NCBI GenBank assembly: GCA_018239985.1
Contig: JAFEGK010000010.1
Span: 12,451-76,450 of the forward strand
From: Verrucomicrobiota bacterium
Lineage (GTDB): Bacteria; Chlamydiota; Chlamydiia; Chlamydiales; Rhabdochlamydiaceae
DNA length: 64,000 nucleotides
Direction: 5' to 3'
Positions 56,280 through 64,000 of the stretch are shown piece by piece (the stretch's first letter is position 1; every line of letters begins with the position of its first letter). Below the pieces are notes generated by a model. That model saw only the letters and a program-made list of their open reading frames with translations. It was not told the DNA's origin and did no database searches. A program made the translations under genes and the position numbers.

Positions 56280-56897
56280 CTATTTCAATCCGCCGCAGAT
56301 TGGGCATTCATCACTGTCGTGTTTCACTGCTCGGCAATAGGTGCGGGCGAAGTGGATGATTTGCAGATGGAGCTTCGACCAAGATTTTTCGGGGAACAGG
56401 GCTTTCAAATCTTTTTCGGTCTGGACGACGTTTTTACCATTTGACAGTCCCCACCGTTTTGCGCAACGGTGTATGTGGGTGTCGACCGGAATTGCAGGTT
56501 TGTGGAAGGCGTGGGCCATCACCACCGATGCGCTTTTGTGGCCGATGCCTGGCAATTCTTCGAGCTCTTCAAATGTTCTTGGGACTTTGCCGTCATGCTC
56601 CTCAAGCAGTTGTTTCGACAGATGCCAGATAGCTTTCGATTTGGCTTTGGAAAGGCCGCAGGTGTGGATGATTTTCTCGATTTGCGGGATGGTCAATTTG
56701 ATCATTGCTGCAGGGGTTTTGGCTTTGGCAAACAGGATGGGGGTGACGGCGTTGACGCGGGCGTCGGTGCATTGTGCGGAGAGGAGGACGGCGATCAGGA
56801 GGGTGTAGGCATCTGTGTAATCGAGGGGGACGCGAGGGCGAGGGAAATATTTGTTAAGGACTTTTTGGACGAACTTGGCTTTTTCTTGTTTGTTCAC
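56280..56897 (-). CDS. nth: Endonuclease III
   Basis: It has an HhH-GPD region (LPGIGHKSASVVM), a catalytic Lys/Asp context (VDTHIHR) and C-terminal Cys ligands (CRAVKHDSDECPIC). Confidence 0.92.
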   Translation of the reverse strand: MNKQEKAKFVQKVLNKYFPRPRVPLDYTDAYTLLIAVLLSAQCTDARVNAVTPILFAKAKTPAAMIKLTIPQIEKIIHTCGLSKAKSKAIWHLSKQLLEEHDGKVPRTFEELEELPGIGHKSASVVMAHAFHKPAIPVDTHIHRCAKRWGLSNGKNVVQTEKDLKALFPEKSWSKLHLQIIHFARTYCRAVKHDSDECPICGGLK

Positions 56898-58225
56898 TTA
56901 CCCACACAGAATTTCGAGAAGATTGCGCTAAGAATATCTTCGGTGATGTCCATTCCAATGATGGCTCCGAGATGCTTCAAACAATTGCGCATATCTGCTG
57001 CTAAAAATTCTGGTGAAATGTCTGTTTTTAGTCCATCGATTAGTGTAGACAAGGCTTTTGCAGCATCTGTGAGTGATTCTTTATGCCGCGCTTGGGTCAG
57101 GACGATCTCGTCATTCGGGGCTATGTGCCCTTCCCAGACGAGTGTTTCGATGGTTTTTTTGAGCTCTTCTAGTCCTGTCCCTAGTTTGGCCGAAATATGG
57201 GCCTGATGGGGAAAGGAGATGGCCGGAAGGGTGTGTGGGAGGTCGATTTTATTCCAGATCACCAGGGTTTTTTCTGGCGGACAGGCCTCGAGTAGATCTG
57301 TAACCGGTTGGGTGACATCGACCATCAGTAGAATGAGATCGGCGTTTTGCATTGCAATTTTGCTCCGTCTGATTCCTTCCTGTTCGACGATTTCTTCAGT
57401 ATGTCTGATGCCGGCTGTGTCGAGGAGGTGAAAATGGAGGCCACCAAGACGCATTTCGGCTTCAAGTGTATCGCGAGTGGTGCCGGGGATAGGGGTGACA
57501 ATTGCCCGTTCTTGGCCAAGAAGCGCATTCATCAGGGAAGACTTTCCAGCATTTGGAGAACCTGCCAGGCAAAGGGTGATCCCTTCTTGAATTTTCTTCC
57601 CTTCATGGAAGGTGGCCTCTAGGTGGTCCATTTTTGCTAGGGTGCTTTGGAGGGAGTCAATCACTTCATCTTTGGTCGCAAATTCGAGCCCTTCTTCTGG
57701 GAAATCGACCCAGGCTTCGAGGATGGCGGCGATGTCGAGCAATTCGTTTTGTAAATTCAGAATGTAACTCGAGAGTTTCCCTGAAAGCTGCTGGCGGGCC
57801 GCTTTAAGGGAGAGGTCATTTTTCGCTCCAATGAATGTTTGGACGGCTTCTGCCTGAGCAAGATCGAGTTTGCCATTCATGAAAGCTTGGTGGGTGAATG
57901 CCCCTGGCCCCGCTGCCTTGGCGCCTGCTTTTAAAACAACTTCTAGCACTCTTTTGGAGATCAAGCTCCCCCCGTGGCATTGGAGTTCGACGGTATCTTC
58001 ACCGGTATAAGAGCGGGGAGCGCGCATGACGATGATGAGTGCCTCATCGACGACTTCGTCTCCGTCGAGGATTTTTCCAAAATGGCATGTATGGCTTTTA
58101 TAGGTGGTGACGGGTCCGGAAAAAATGGAGTCTGCGATGGCAATCGCTTCCTTACCCGAGATCCGGATGACGGCGATGCCCCCTTCTCCTGGGGGAGTGG
58201 CGATGGCTGCGATGGTCTGTGTCAT
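56894..58225 (-). CDS. mnmE: tRNA modification GTPase MnmE
   Basis: It has a G1 motif (GSPNAGKSSLMN), DTAG, NKIDL and a C-terminal FCVGK. Confidence 0.95.
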   Translation of the reverse strand: MTQTIAAIATPPGEGGIAVIRISGKEAIAIADSIFSGPVTTYKSHTCHFGKILDGDEVVDEALIIVMRAPRSYTGEDTVELQCHGGSLISKRVLEVVLKAGAKAAGPGAFTHQAFMNGKLDLAQAEAVQTFIGAKNDLSLKAARQQLSGKLSSYILNLQNELLDIAAILEAWVDFPEEGLEFATKDEVIDSLQSTLAKMDHLEATFHEGKKIQEGITLCLAGSPNAGKSSLMNALLGQERAIVTPIPGTTRDTLEAEMRLGGLHFHLLDTAGIRHTEEIVEQEGIRRSKIAMQNADLILLMVDVTQPVTDLLEACPPEKTLVIWNKIDLPHTLPAISFPHQAHISAKLGTGLEELKKTIETLVWEGHIAPNDEIVLTQARHKESLTDAAKALSTLIDGLKTDISPEFLAADMRNCLKHLGAIIGMDITEDILSAIFSKFCVGK

Positions 58226-59355
58226 GCTTGTAACGTTTTAATTTTGATGCTAGGTGGATGTTGTAGTCTATGAGGCAGTTTGAGGATATCACGTAGGACG
58301 ATTTGTAGGGCAGTGGATTCTTCTGGGTCAAAGGGGCGGTTGTGCTCACTGTCCGTGCCGCCTCGATGGAGTTTAAGGGCTTTTGTTGTTCCTACGGGAT
58401 CCAATTTCACTGCTTTGTAGAGGGAGACTACTTTGGGGATTACGTCATCATCAGGGTTATAGAGGATCACTTTTTCCCCTTTGAGTTTATCCCAAGCAGC
58501 TTTTGGATTCAGATTTAACCGGAAAATTTGGGCTGCAAGGCGACCGATGAGTTTCAATAATCCACGTCCTTTTAGCACCTCTTCAACTTCTTTCTGCAAA
58601 TCAGCGTAGGAATTGATATTAACTGCGTTGATTTTTTTGTCAGGATATTGCTCCTGAGTAAGAGCTGCACCACACGCTCCATATCCCCCTCCCATTGAGA
58701 AACCAACTTGGACAATTTTATTGGGGTCGATTTTCCGTTCATTAATGAGGAAGTCAAATGCAGCATAGGTGTCTAAGGCATATCCCTCTTCTGAGCGGTG
58801 TCCTTTATTTTTGCCAACTCCTCGAGGGTTGATAACAACGAGGGAGGTATTCAAACTGAGTAGTTCTTGCAGCCGTGACGTCAAATTTTCCCACTGACCA
58901 GAATTCCCGGGGGCATAGATAATCGCCTTGTCCTGAATTTTTCCTGGGAAGAAGGCTCCATCGAGCACGACATTATCAGGAGTTTTTAGGGTGAGAGGAT
59001 GACCATTAAAACGGTTTAGTAGCTCCTTGCCGTCTGCATCTCGATCGATTTTGAAATGGTTGGAGTTGGCTAGAAACAGGCAGATCGCTTTGACCCAATC
59101 CCAGGTTGTTTTGAAATGAACCAAGTGGAGGTCTTTGTCGATATTTCCAGGAACGATGACGCGTAAAATTTTATTTTTAAGCCATTTTAGCCCTATTCGG
59201 ATCAAGCCAATAGGGAAAATGATGACCGAAATCAGGTCCCAAACAAAGCGGGTCACTTTATGAGCCAAGCTCTTTAAAGCTGGATTGTGCTTTGTAGGCC
59301 ATTTCGCCTCAAAAAAAATAGGTGATAAATTTGTTACTTGCGTAGCCATACCCAC
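58222..59355 (-). CDS. Alpha/beta hydrolase with N-terminal membrane segment
   Basis: It has a nucleophile elbow (GFSMGGG) and an N-terminal hydrophobic segment (FVWDLISVIIFPIGLIRIGL). It is joined to mnmE by an ATGA overlap. Confidence 0.7.
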   Translation of the reverse strand: MGMATQVTNLSPIFFEAKWPTKHNPALKSLAHKVTRFVWDLISVIIFPIGLIRIGLKWLKNKILRVIVPGNIDKDLHLVHFKTTWDWVKAICLFLANSNHFKIDRDADGKELLNRFNGHPLTLKTPDNVVLDGAFFPGKIQDKAIIYAPGNSGQWENLTSRLQELLSLNTSLVVINPRGVGKNKGHRSEEGYALDTYAAFDFLINERKIDPNKIVQVGFSMGGGYGACGAALTQEQYPDKKINAVNINSYADLQKEVEEVLKGRGLLKLIGRLAAQIFRLNLNPKAAWDKLKGEKVILYNPDDDVIPKVVSLYKAVKLDPVGTTKALKLHRGGTDSEHNRPFDPEESTALQIVLRDILKLPHRLQHPPSIKIKTLQA

Positions 59356-59362
59356 AAATATG

Positions 59363-59959
59363 CTACACTTTTTTGCTTTTTAAAGCTAGGGAAATCAGCT
59401 CTGAAAGGGAGGGTTCGTTCCCTTCTGTGGGTAGGGCATTTTTGACCACTTTTTGGGCTTCTAGAGGGTTGTAGCCTAAATTAATCAATGCGCTGATGGC
59501 ATCGGCGACCACACCACTAGATTGGGGTGATGTGTAAGAAAAATTTTCTTTGTCAAATTTGGGGAATTTGTCTCGCAATTCAAGGACAAGACGATCGGCC
59601 ATTTTTTTCCCAATCCCAGGGATGTTACAGATCGCTTTGGTATTGCCATGATCGACGGCCATATGGAGGTCCCCAATCGACATGTGCCCTAAGATCGCTG
59701 TGGAGAGTTTTGGCCCAATCCCGGAAATCTCGTTTAGCTTTTCAAAGAAATTCCTTTCTTCAACGCTCAAAAAGCCATAGATTTTCTGAGAATCTTCCCG
59801 ATAGACAACTGAGGTATAAATTTTTACCTTTGATCCCAGTTGCGGCAGTTTTTCATAGGTCATGATCGAAATGTGAATGCAGTAGCCGACGCCGCTGAGA
59901 TCGAGGGTGATTTTATGAGGCGAGGCCTCAACTAAGGTGCCAAAGAGATATTCAAACAT
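59363..59959 (-). CDS. ruvA: Holliday junction helicase subunit RuvA
   Basis: It has MFEYLFGTL, an HhH region (ISGIGPKLS, IPGIGKKMADRLVLEL) and a C-terminal domain III. Confidence 0.9.
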   Translation of the reverse strand: MFEYLFGTLVEASPHKITLDLSGVGYCIHISIMTYEKLPQLGSKVKIYTSVVYREDSQKIYGFLSVEERNFFEKLNEISGIGPKLSTAILGHMSIGDLHMAVDHGNTKAICNIPGIGKKMADRLVLELRDKFPKFDKENFSYTSPQSSGVVADAISALINLGYNPLEAQKVVKNALPTEGNEPSLSELISLALKSKKV

Positions 59960-60434
59960 AATTCAAAGATAACGAATGGGCATGACAAAGTGCAAGGGCC
60001 AACGCATCGGCCGCATCTTCCGGAGTGGGGGGCTCGGAGAGGTTGAGGAGGGTCTGGATCATTCGTTGTACTTGCTCTTTGCTGGCCGCTCCGTGGCCGA
60101 CGACTGCTTTTTTGGCTTTGGTGGGGGCGTATTCGAAAATGGGGATGCCGGCCATCTCGGCGACGAGGATGGCCATCCCCCGTGCCATGCCGAGTTTCAT
60201 CGCGCTCAGGGCATTTTTGTGGACGAACTGTCCTTCAACAGCGACTGCTTCGGGTTTAAATTGGTCGACGAGGGCTTTGATTCCTTCGAAGATAATTAAA
60301 TATTTTTTTGAGCTGCTTGCCGAGGCAGGTGGCCGGATGCAGCCGAAGTCAAGGACTACGGTTCGATGGGGGTGATGGTTGATAATGCCGTAACCTGTGA
60401 TCCGGGTGCCGGGGTCGATGCCGAGTATAATCAT
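59952..60434 (-). CDS. ruvC: Holliday junction resolvase RuvC
   Basis: It has MIILGIDPGTRITGYGII and the acidic catalytic residues, ending with DAADALALALCHA. Confidence 0.93.
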   Translation of the reverse strand: MIILGIDPGTRITGYGIINHHPHRTVVLDFGCIRPPASASSSKKYLIIFEGIKALVDQFKPEAVAVEGQFVHKNALSAMKLGMARGMAILVAEMAGIPIFEYAPTKAKKAVVGHGAASKEQVQRMIQTLLNLSEPPTPEDAADALALALCHAHSLSLNYV

Positions 60435-60480
60435 ATAATTAGAGTGTACAAAATGGGCGATTTTTTGGTATTTTAGTCTT

Positions 60481-61566
60481 TTGAAGGTAGCTTATTTAGT
60501 GAAATCGCTTCAAGGTGTCGAGTTTCGTAATATCATCATCCGGATGCCCAATTGGATTGGGGATATGGTGATGGCTACTCCCATTATTTCTGACCTACGA
60601 AAAGCCTACCCTGGCGCTAGGATTACGGCGATGTGCCGCGCTCCGATTTGCGATCTGCTCAAAGAGGATCCTGAGGTTGATGAGCTTTTTTGTTTTAGCA
60701 AATCTAGCAGTTTTTCCAGGAGGAGCGACAAAAAAAATCTCGTCGAAAAATTGCGTTATGGCAAATACGATTTAGGGGTCTTGCTGACCCATTCTCTCTC
60801 TTCTGCTTGGTGGTTTTGGCAGGGTAAAGTGAAGACCCGTCTTGGCTACGATTGCAATGGGCGGCATCTGTTATTAAATTGTCCGGTCCCTTTGCCTCCT
60901 GATATCGAAAAGCAGCATCTGGTCACCACCTATAAAAAACTCCTCGAGCCGCTAGGCATCCCGCCGTCGAATACGGCACCCCGTCTGTTTCTCGCTGAAA
61001 AAGAGGTGCAGGAAGCCCGCGTTTTGCTGCAGCAGCATGGGGTGTCGAAGCAGAGCACGATTATTGGGATTAATCCCGGAGCGACGTACGGTTCGGCCAA
61101 ATGTTGGCTTCCTGAGCGGTTTCGCGCTGTTGCCCAAAAACTCCTCGCCCAACCAGATGTGTACCTTGTCTTTTTTGGTGATCAGCCTTCGATGCGGCTT
61201 GTCAAAGAAATTTGCATGGGGCTGGGCCCCCGTGTCATCAATTTAGCTGGGCTGACTTCTCTGCGGGAAGTTGCGGCGCTGATCAGTTTATGCAACGTGC
61301 TTCTGACCAATGATAGTGGACCGATGCATATCGCTGATGCGCTCGGAACGAAGATTGTCGCTCTATTTGGATCGACCAACGATACGGTCACCGGGCCCTA
61401 CCGCAATGGGGTTGTGATCCACAAACATGTGAAATGTTCCCCTTGCTATCAGCGCACTTGTCCTATCGATTTTCGTTGTATGAAGCAGATAGAAGTCGAT
61501 GAGGTCTTTCAGGCGATTATGGAGAGGCTTCAGCAGGGCAGCTCAAAATTGCATATCACTGCTTAA
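60481..61566 (+). CDS. GT9 heptosyltransferase (WaaF/RfaF-like)
   Basis: It has IRMPNWIGDMVMATP, GINPGATYGSAKCWLPERF and TNDSGPMHIADALG. The start is TTG at 60481 or GTG at 60499. Confidence 0.8.
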   Translation: MKVAYLVKSLQGVEFRNIIIRMPNWIGDMVMATPIISDLRKAYPGARITAMCRAPICDLLKEDPEVDELFCFSKSSSFSRRSDKKNLVEKLRYGKYDLGVLLTHSLSSAWWFWQGKVKTRLGYDCNGRHLLLNCPVPLPPDIEKQHLVTTYKKLLEPLGIPPSNTAPRLFLAEKEVQEARVLLQQHGVSKQSTIIGINPGATYGSAKCWLPERFRAVAQKLLAQPDVYLVFFGDQPSMRLVKEICMGLGPRVINLAGLTSLREVAALISLCNVLLTNDSGPMHIADALGTKIVALFGSTNDTVTGPYRNGVVIHKHVKCSPCYQRTCPIDFRCMKQIEVDEVFQAIMERLQQGSSKLHITA

Positions 61567-61568
61567 TT

Positions 61569-62465
61569 ATGTTTAAGAAACTGTATCGAAAATTTGGCCC
61601 TAATCCTCTTGATCAGTTGCTGAAGAGAGCTCAAAAGCAAAATCAGAAGAAGATTCTATTGTTTTGGAATCGGGGACTCGGTGACATCGCCCTTGGTCTT
61701 TTTGCTATTGTCCATCGGATTCGGCAGTTTATCCCCGATGCTCAGATCACTTTTTTGACTCGCCCCAATTTGCACGATGGATTTGTCCTCTTGGGAGATG
61801 TTGAGATCTTGGTTGCGCCAGATCTCAAGCGGAAAGATAAAATTGATGTTCGTAAGCTATTGTATTCAATGGACATAGACCCTGCACAATTTGATCTGAT
61901 CATCGATAGTCCCGATCCCACCTACTGGGTCAAGTGGCAACTGGGGAAGCTAACGCCGGTTCTTCATTGGCAGAAGCAATGGGATAACCTATGTGAAAAA
62001 TACAATCTCGATCCAAATGCCACTTATGTGGGAGCTCACGTGCAGTGTGAGACCAGTTATGCGACGTGGCGCAACTGGCCGAATGAATCCTGGGCTGCTC
62101 TTTTTGAGAAAATCACATGCAGCGGGAAAAAGGTTTTGCTGTTTGGATTTGAAAACGAGCCAAAATTTGAGATTCCTGGGGTCATCGACTTGCGCGGGAA
62201 GACTCCTCTATTTGAGCTCCTTTCCATCATTAAAAATCGGTGTAGCGCTCTTGTTGTGCCTGATTCAGGTGTTAGCAGCATGGTCTATTTTCTTAAAGAA
62301 ACTTTTCCAATCAAACATATCTCGCTGTGGGCCGATCCACACATGGGGATCTTAAAGCAGAATGTGGCCTCGCCCAATCCGAAGCTGACGCACATCCCCC
62401 TTCTTGGAAAGGACAAAAATATTGCCAACATTACTGTGGATGAGGTCTATGGTCACCTATCGTGA
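61569..62465 (+). CDS. GT9-like glycosyltransferase, divergent and short
   Basis: It has ILLFWNRGLGDIALGL and VPDSGVSSMV, which echo GT9 motifs. It is 298 aa. Confidence 0.55.
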   Translation: MFKKLYRKFGPNPLDQLLKRAQKQNQKKILLFWNRGLGDIALGLFAIVHRIRQFIPDAQITFLTRPNLHDGFVLLGDVEILVAPDLKRKDKIDVRKLLYSMDIDPAQFDLIIDSPDPTYWVKWQLGKLTPVLHWQKQWDNLCEKYNLDPNATYVGAHVQCETSYATWRNWPNESWAALFEKITCSGKKVLLFGFENEPKFEIPGVIDLRGKTPLFELLSIIKNRCSALVVPDSGVSSMVYFLKETFPIKHISLWADPHMGILKQNVASPNPKLTHIPLLGKDKNIANITVDEVYGHLS

Positions 62466-63363
62466 AATTGGCAATGCTGAAGAGATCGCTTTGGGCCACT
62501 CTCTCATAAAAGAGGGAAAAGTGGGCTGTATCGTGCTGGCGGGTGGCGATGGGAGCCGTCTTGGCTGGGATGGCCCTAAGGGGACATTTCCTGTTTGGAA
62601 CGGAAAAACTCTGTTCCAGATGTTGCAAGAGACAGTTGCAAAGGCTTCTACATTTTATGGTCGAGAGCTCAAATTGGCTGTTATGACCTCGCCAATCAAC
62701 GATGCAAAGACTAAGGAGGCTTTTTTACCGAAGGTCGATTTCTTCACGCAACAGATGCTCCCCCTTCTTGACAGCGAGGGCCAGCCTCTTGATGAGCTCC
62801 GTCCAAATGGCAACGGGGAGGCGTTAAAGTGCTTTTATCGCTCCGGACTATTTGAGCAGTGGCGTAAGAGCGGGGTCGAATTTGTCCAGGTGATTTTAGT
62901 CGATAATCTGCTCGCCAACCCGTTTGATCCCAATCTCATTGGCATTCATGCCAAGACCCAAGCTGAGGTGTGCATCAAAACGGTCCGTCGTACAAGCGCC
63001 GAAGAAAAAGTTGGGGTTGTAGGGAGAAAAGGAGGAAGGATCTGTGTTATTGAGTATAGCGAAAAACCACCACCAGAGTGGAATTTAGCGAGCATCGGCC
63101 TTTTCTCTTTTAGTATGGACTTTGTCGAAAAAGTCAAAGATGTCGAGCTTCCGATTCATCTGGTTAATCGAACATTTGATGGAAAACCGGTGATTAAGAG
63201 GGAATATTTTCTATTCGATCTCCTCCCTTATTCTGTGAAAACAGAGGTGATTCTCTATCCGAGAGAAATGACCTTTGCACCATTAAAAAATCGGGAGGAT
63301 CTCCCACTGGTCTCAGCGCTTTTTGAAAAAAATGGAAAGCAGTGGCACCAGGGCCAGTGTTAG
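62449..63363 (+). CDS. UDP-sugar pyrophosphorylase (UDPGP/UAP family)
   Basis: It has GCIVLAGGDGSRLGWDGPKG, PNGNG and VDNLLANPFDP. The start is the ATG at 62449 or at 62440, because the track start is TTG. Confidence 0.72.
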   Translation: MVTYREIGNAEEIALGHSLIKEGKVGCIVLAGGDGSRLGWDGPKGTFPVWNGKTLFQMLQETVAKASTFYGRELKLAVMTSPINDAKTKEAFLPKVDFFTQQMLPLLDSEGQPLDELRPNGNGEALKCFYRSGLFEQWRKSGVEFVQVILVDNLLANPFDPNLIGIHAKTQAEVCIKTVRRTSAEEKVGVVGRKGGRICVIEYSEKPPPEWNLASIGLFSFSMDFVEKVKDVELPIHLVNRTFDGKPVIKREYFLFDLLPYSVKTEVILYPREMTFAPLKNREDLPLVSALFEKNGKQWHQGQC

Positions 63364-63987
63364 TAGTAGTAAGATGATTCTCCAGTTGAAAATGGAGTGG
63401 ACCGAAATTTCTTGCCCCGCTTTTATGAGTGTCTCAAATTGGGCGCCGATCTGAACGAAAATGAGCGTGGGGATGATGTTGCCTACAAAGGTTGTCCAGG
63501 CAAATCTCCAAAACTTCACTCCAAAAAATGCGCAAGCTAAATTGACGAGCCAAAAGGGGGAGAAGGGGATCAGGCGCAAGAAAAGCAAAAATTGGATTGA
63601 GTTTTTCTTAAATTTTTTATCTATTTTCTTAAGTTGTTCCCTAGCATTATTGAGGTAAAGGGTCCGTAGGGGGCCTCTGGCCAGTGTGAAGAGGGTACAG
63701 GCTCCTAGTGTTGAGCCGATCAGGATGTAAAAAATGCTGATTGGTTCTTCGAATAAAAACCCACCTGCAATCGAGAGAAACCCACCGACTGGCAATAGGC
63801 AAATGACCGTTAGGGCATAGAGCGTCATGAAGAGCAGTGGAGAGAGGATCGGGTGCTCAGTGATGAATGCGAAGATTTGTGGGTGATATGTTTTGATCAG
63901 CGTAAAAGAGAAGTATTGATTAATCTCTAAAAGAAAAAATGCAGTAAGGACAATGACGATGAAAAGCAGCGGCAGCCATTTTGTCAC
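63313..63987 (-). CDS. DedA / TVP38-TMEM64 family membrane protein
   Basis: It is a multi-TM protein with LRLIPFSPFWLVNLACAFFGV. Its 3' end overlaps the convergent gene by 51 nt. Confidence 0.78.
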   Translation of the reverse strand: MTKWLPLLFIVIVLTAFFLLEINQYFSFTLIKTYHPQIFAFITEHPILSPLLFMTLYALTVICLLPVGGFLSIAGGFLFEEPISIFYILIGSTLGACTLFTLARGPLRTLYLNNAREQLKKIDKKFKKNSIQFLLFLRLIPFSPFWLVNLACAFFGVKFWRFAWTTFVGNIIPTLIFVQIGAQFETLIKAGQEISVHSIFNWRIILLLLTLALVPLLSIFFKKR

Positions 63988-64000
63988 AATTACTGACCCC

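Noticed and set aside
56469-57206. A 245-aa plus-strand ORF, Gly/Asp/Cys-rich.
   Set aside because: It is antisense to nth and mnmE, both of which are strongly supported.

Overview
This window is a compact, gene-dense chromosomal segment. It reads like an environmental member of the phylum Chlamydiae. That assignment is an inference from gene content and local gene order: tolQ-tolR-tolA-like-tolB-pal, sdhCAB, mnmG next to a lipoate-protein ligase, ruvA-ruvC, mutL-pepP, lpdA-lipA, glgC, secA, psd, a cysteine-rich beta-barrel OMP, and several Inc-like membrane proteins with long hydrophobic cores. About 65 protein genes are supported, and many are joined by ATGA, TGATG or TAATG start/stop overlaps. 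I found no rRNA, tRNA, CRISPR array, transposase or integrase by eye. Beyond housekeeping genes, eight things stand out. (1) Two families of about 110-175-bp palindromic hairpin elements, five copies in total. Differences between copies are mirrored in the opposite arm, and two copies supply the last codons of host genes. (2) An exact 24-bp direct repeat brackets a 1.57-kb insertion carrying an orphan gene. (3) A translationally coupled envelope-glycan island lies beside tol-pal. It holds a GT-A-like gene, a DUF1343/NamZ-like muramidase, two paralogous DxD proteins, an Inc-like membrane protein and a secreted protein. (4) An AbiEi-like wHTH plus nucleotidyltransferase two-gene module has a nested palindromic operator. 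(5) An unannotated 29-codon arginine/lysine-rich ORF, resembling ribosomal protein bS22, is coupled to mnmG. (6) A GT2 gene has a conserved N-terminus but no canonical start codon (ATAA overlap with the lipA stop). (7) An orphan GspI/J/K-like minor-pseudopilin operon sits upstream of an oversized secreted GMC oxidoreductase. (8) A membrane protein carries a RING-like Cys/His motif. All family assignments come from motifs read by eye, and no database search was run.
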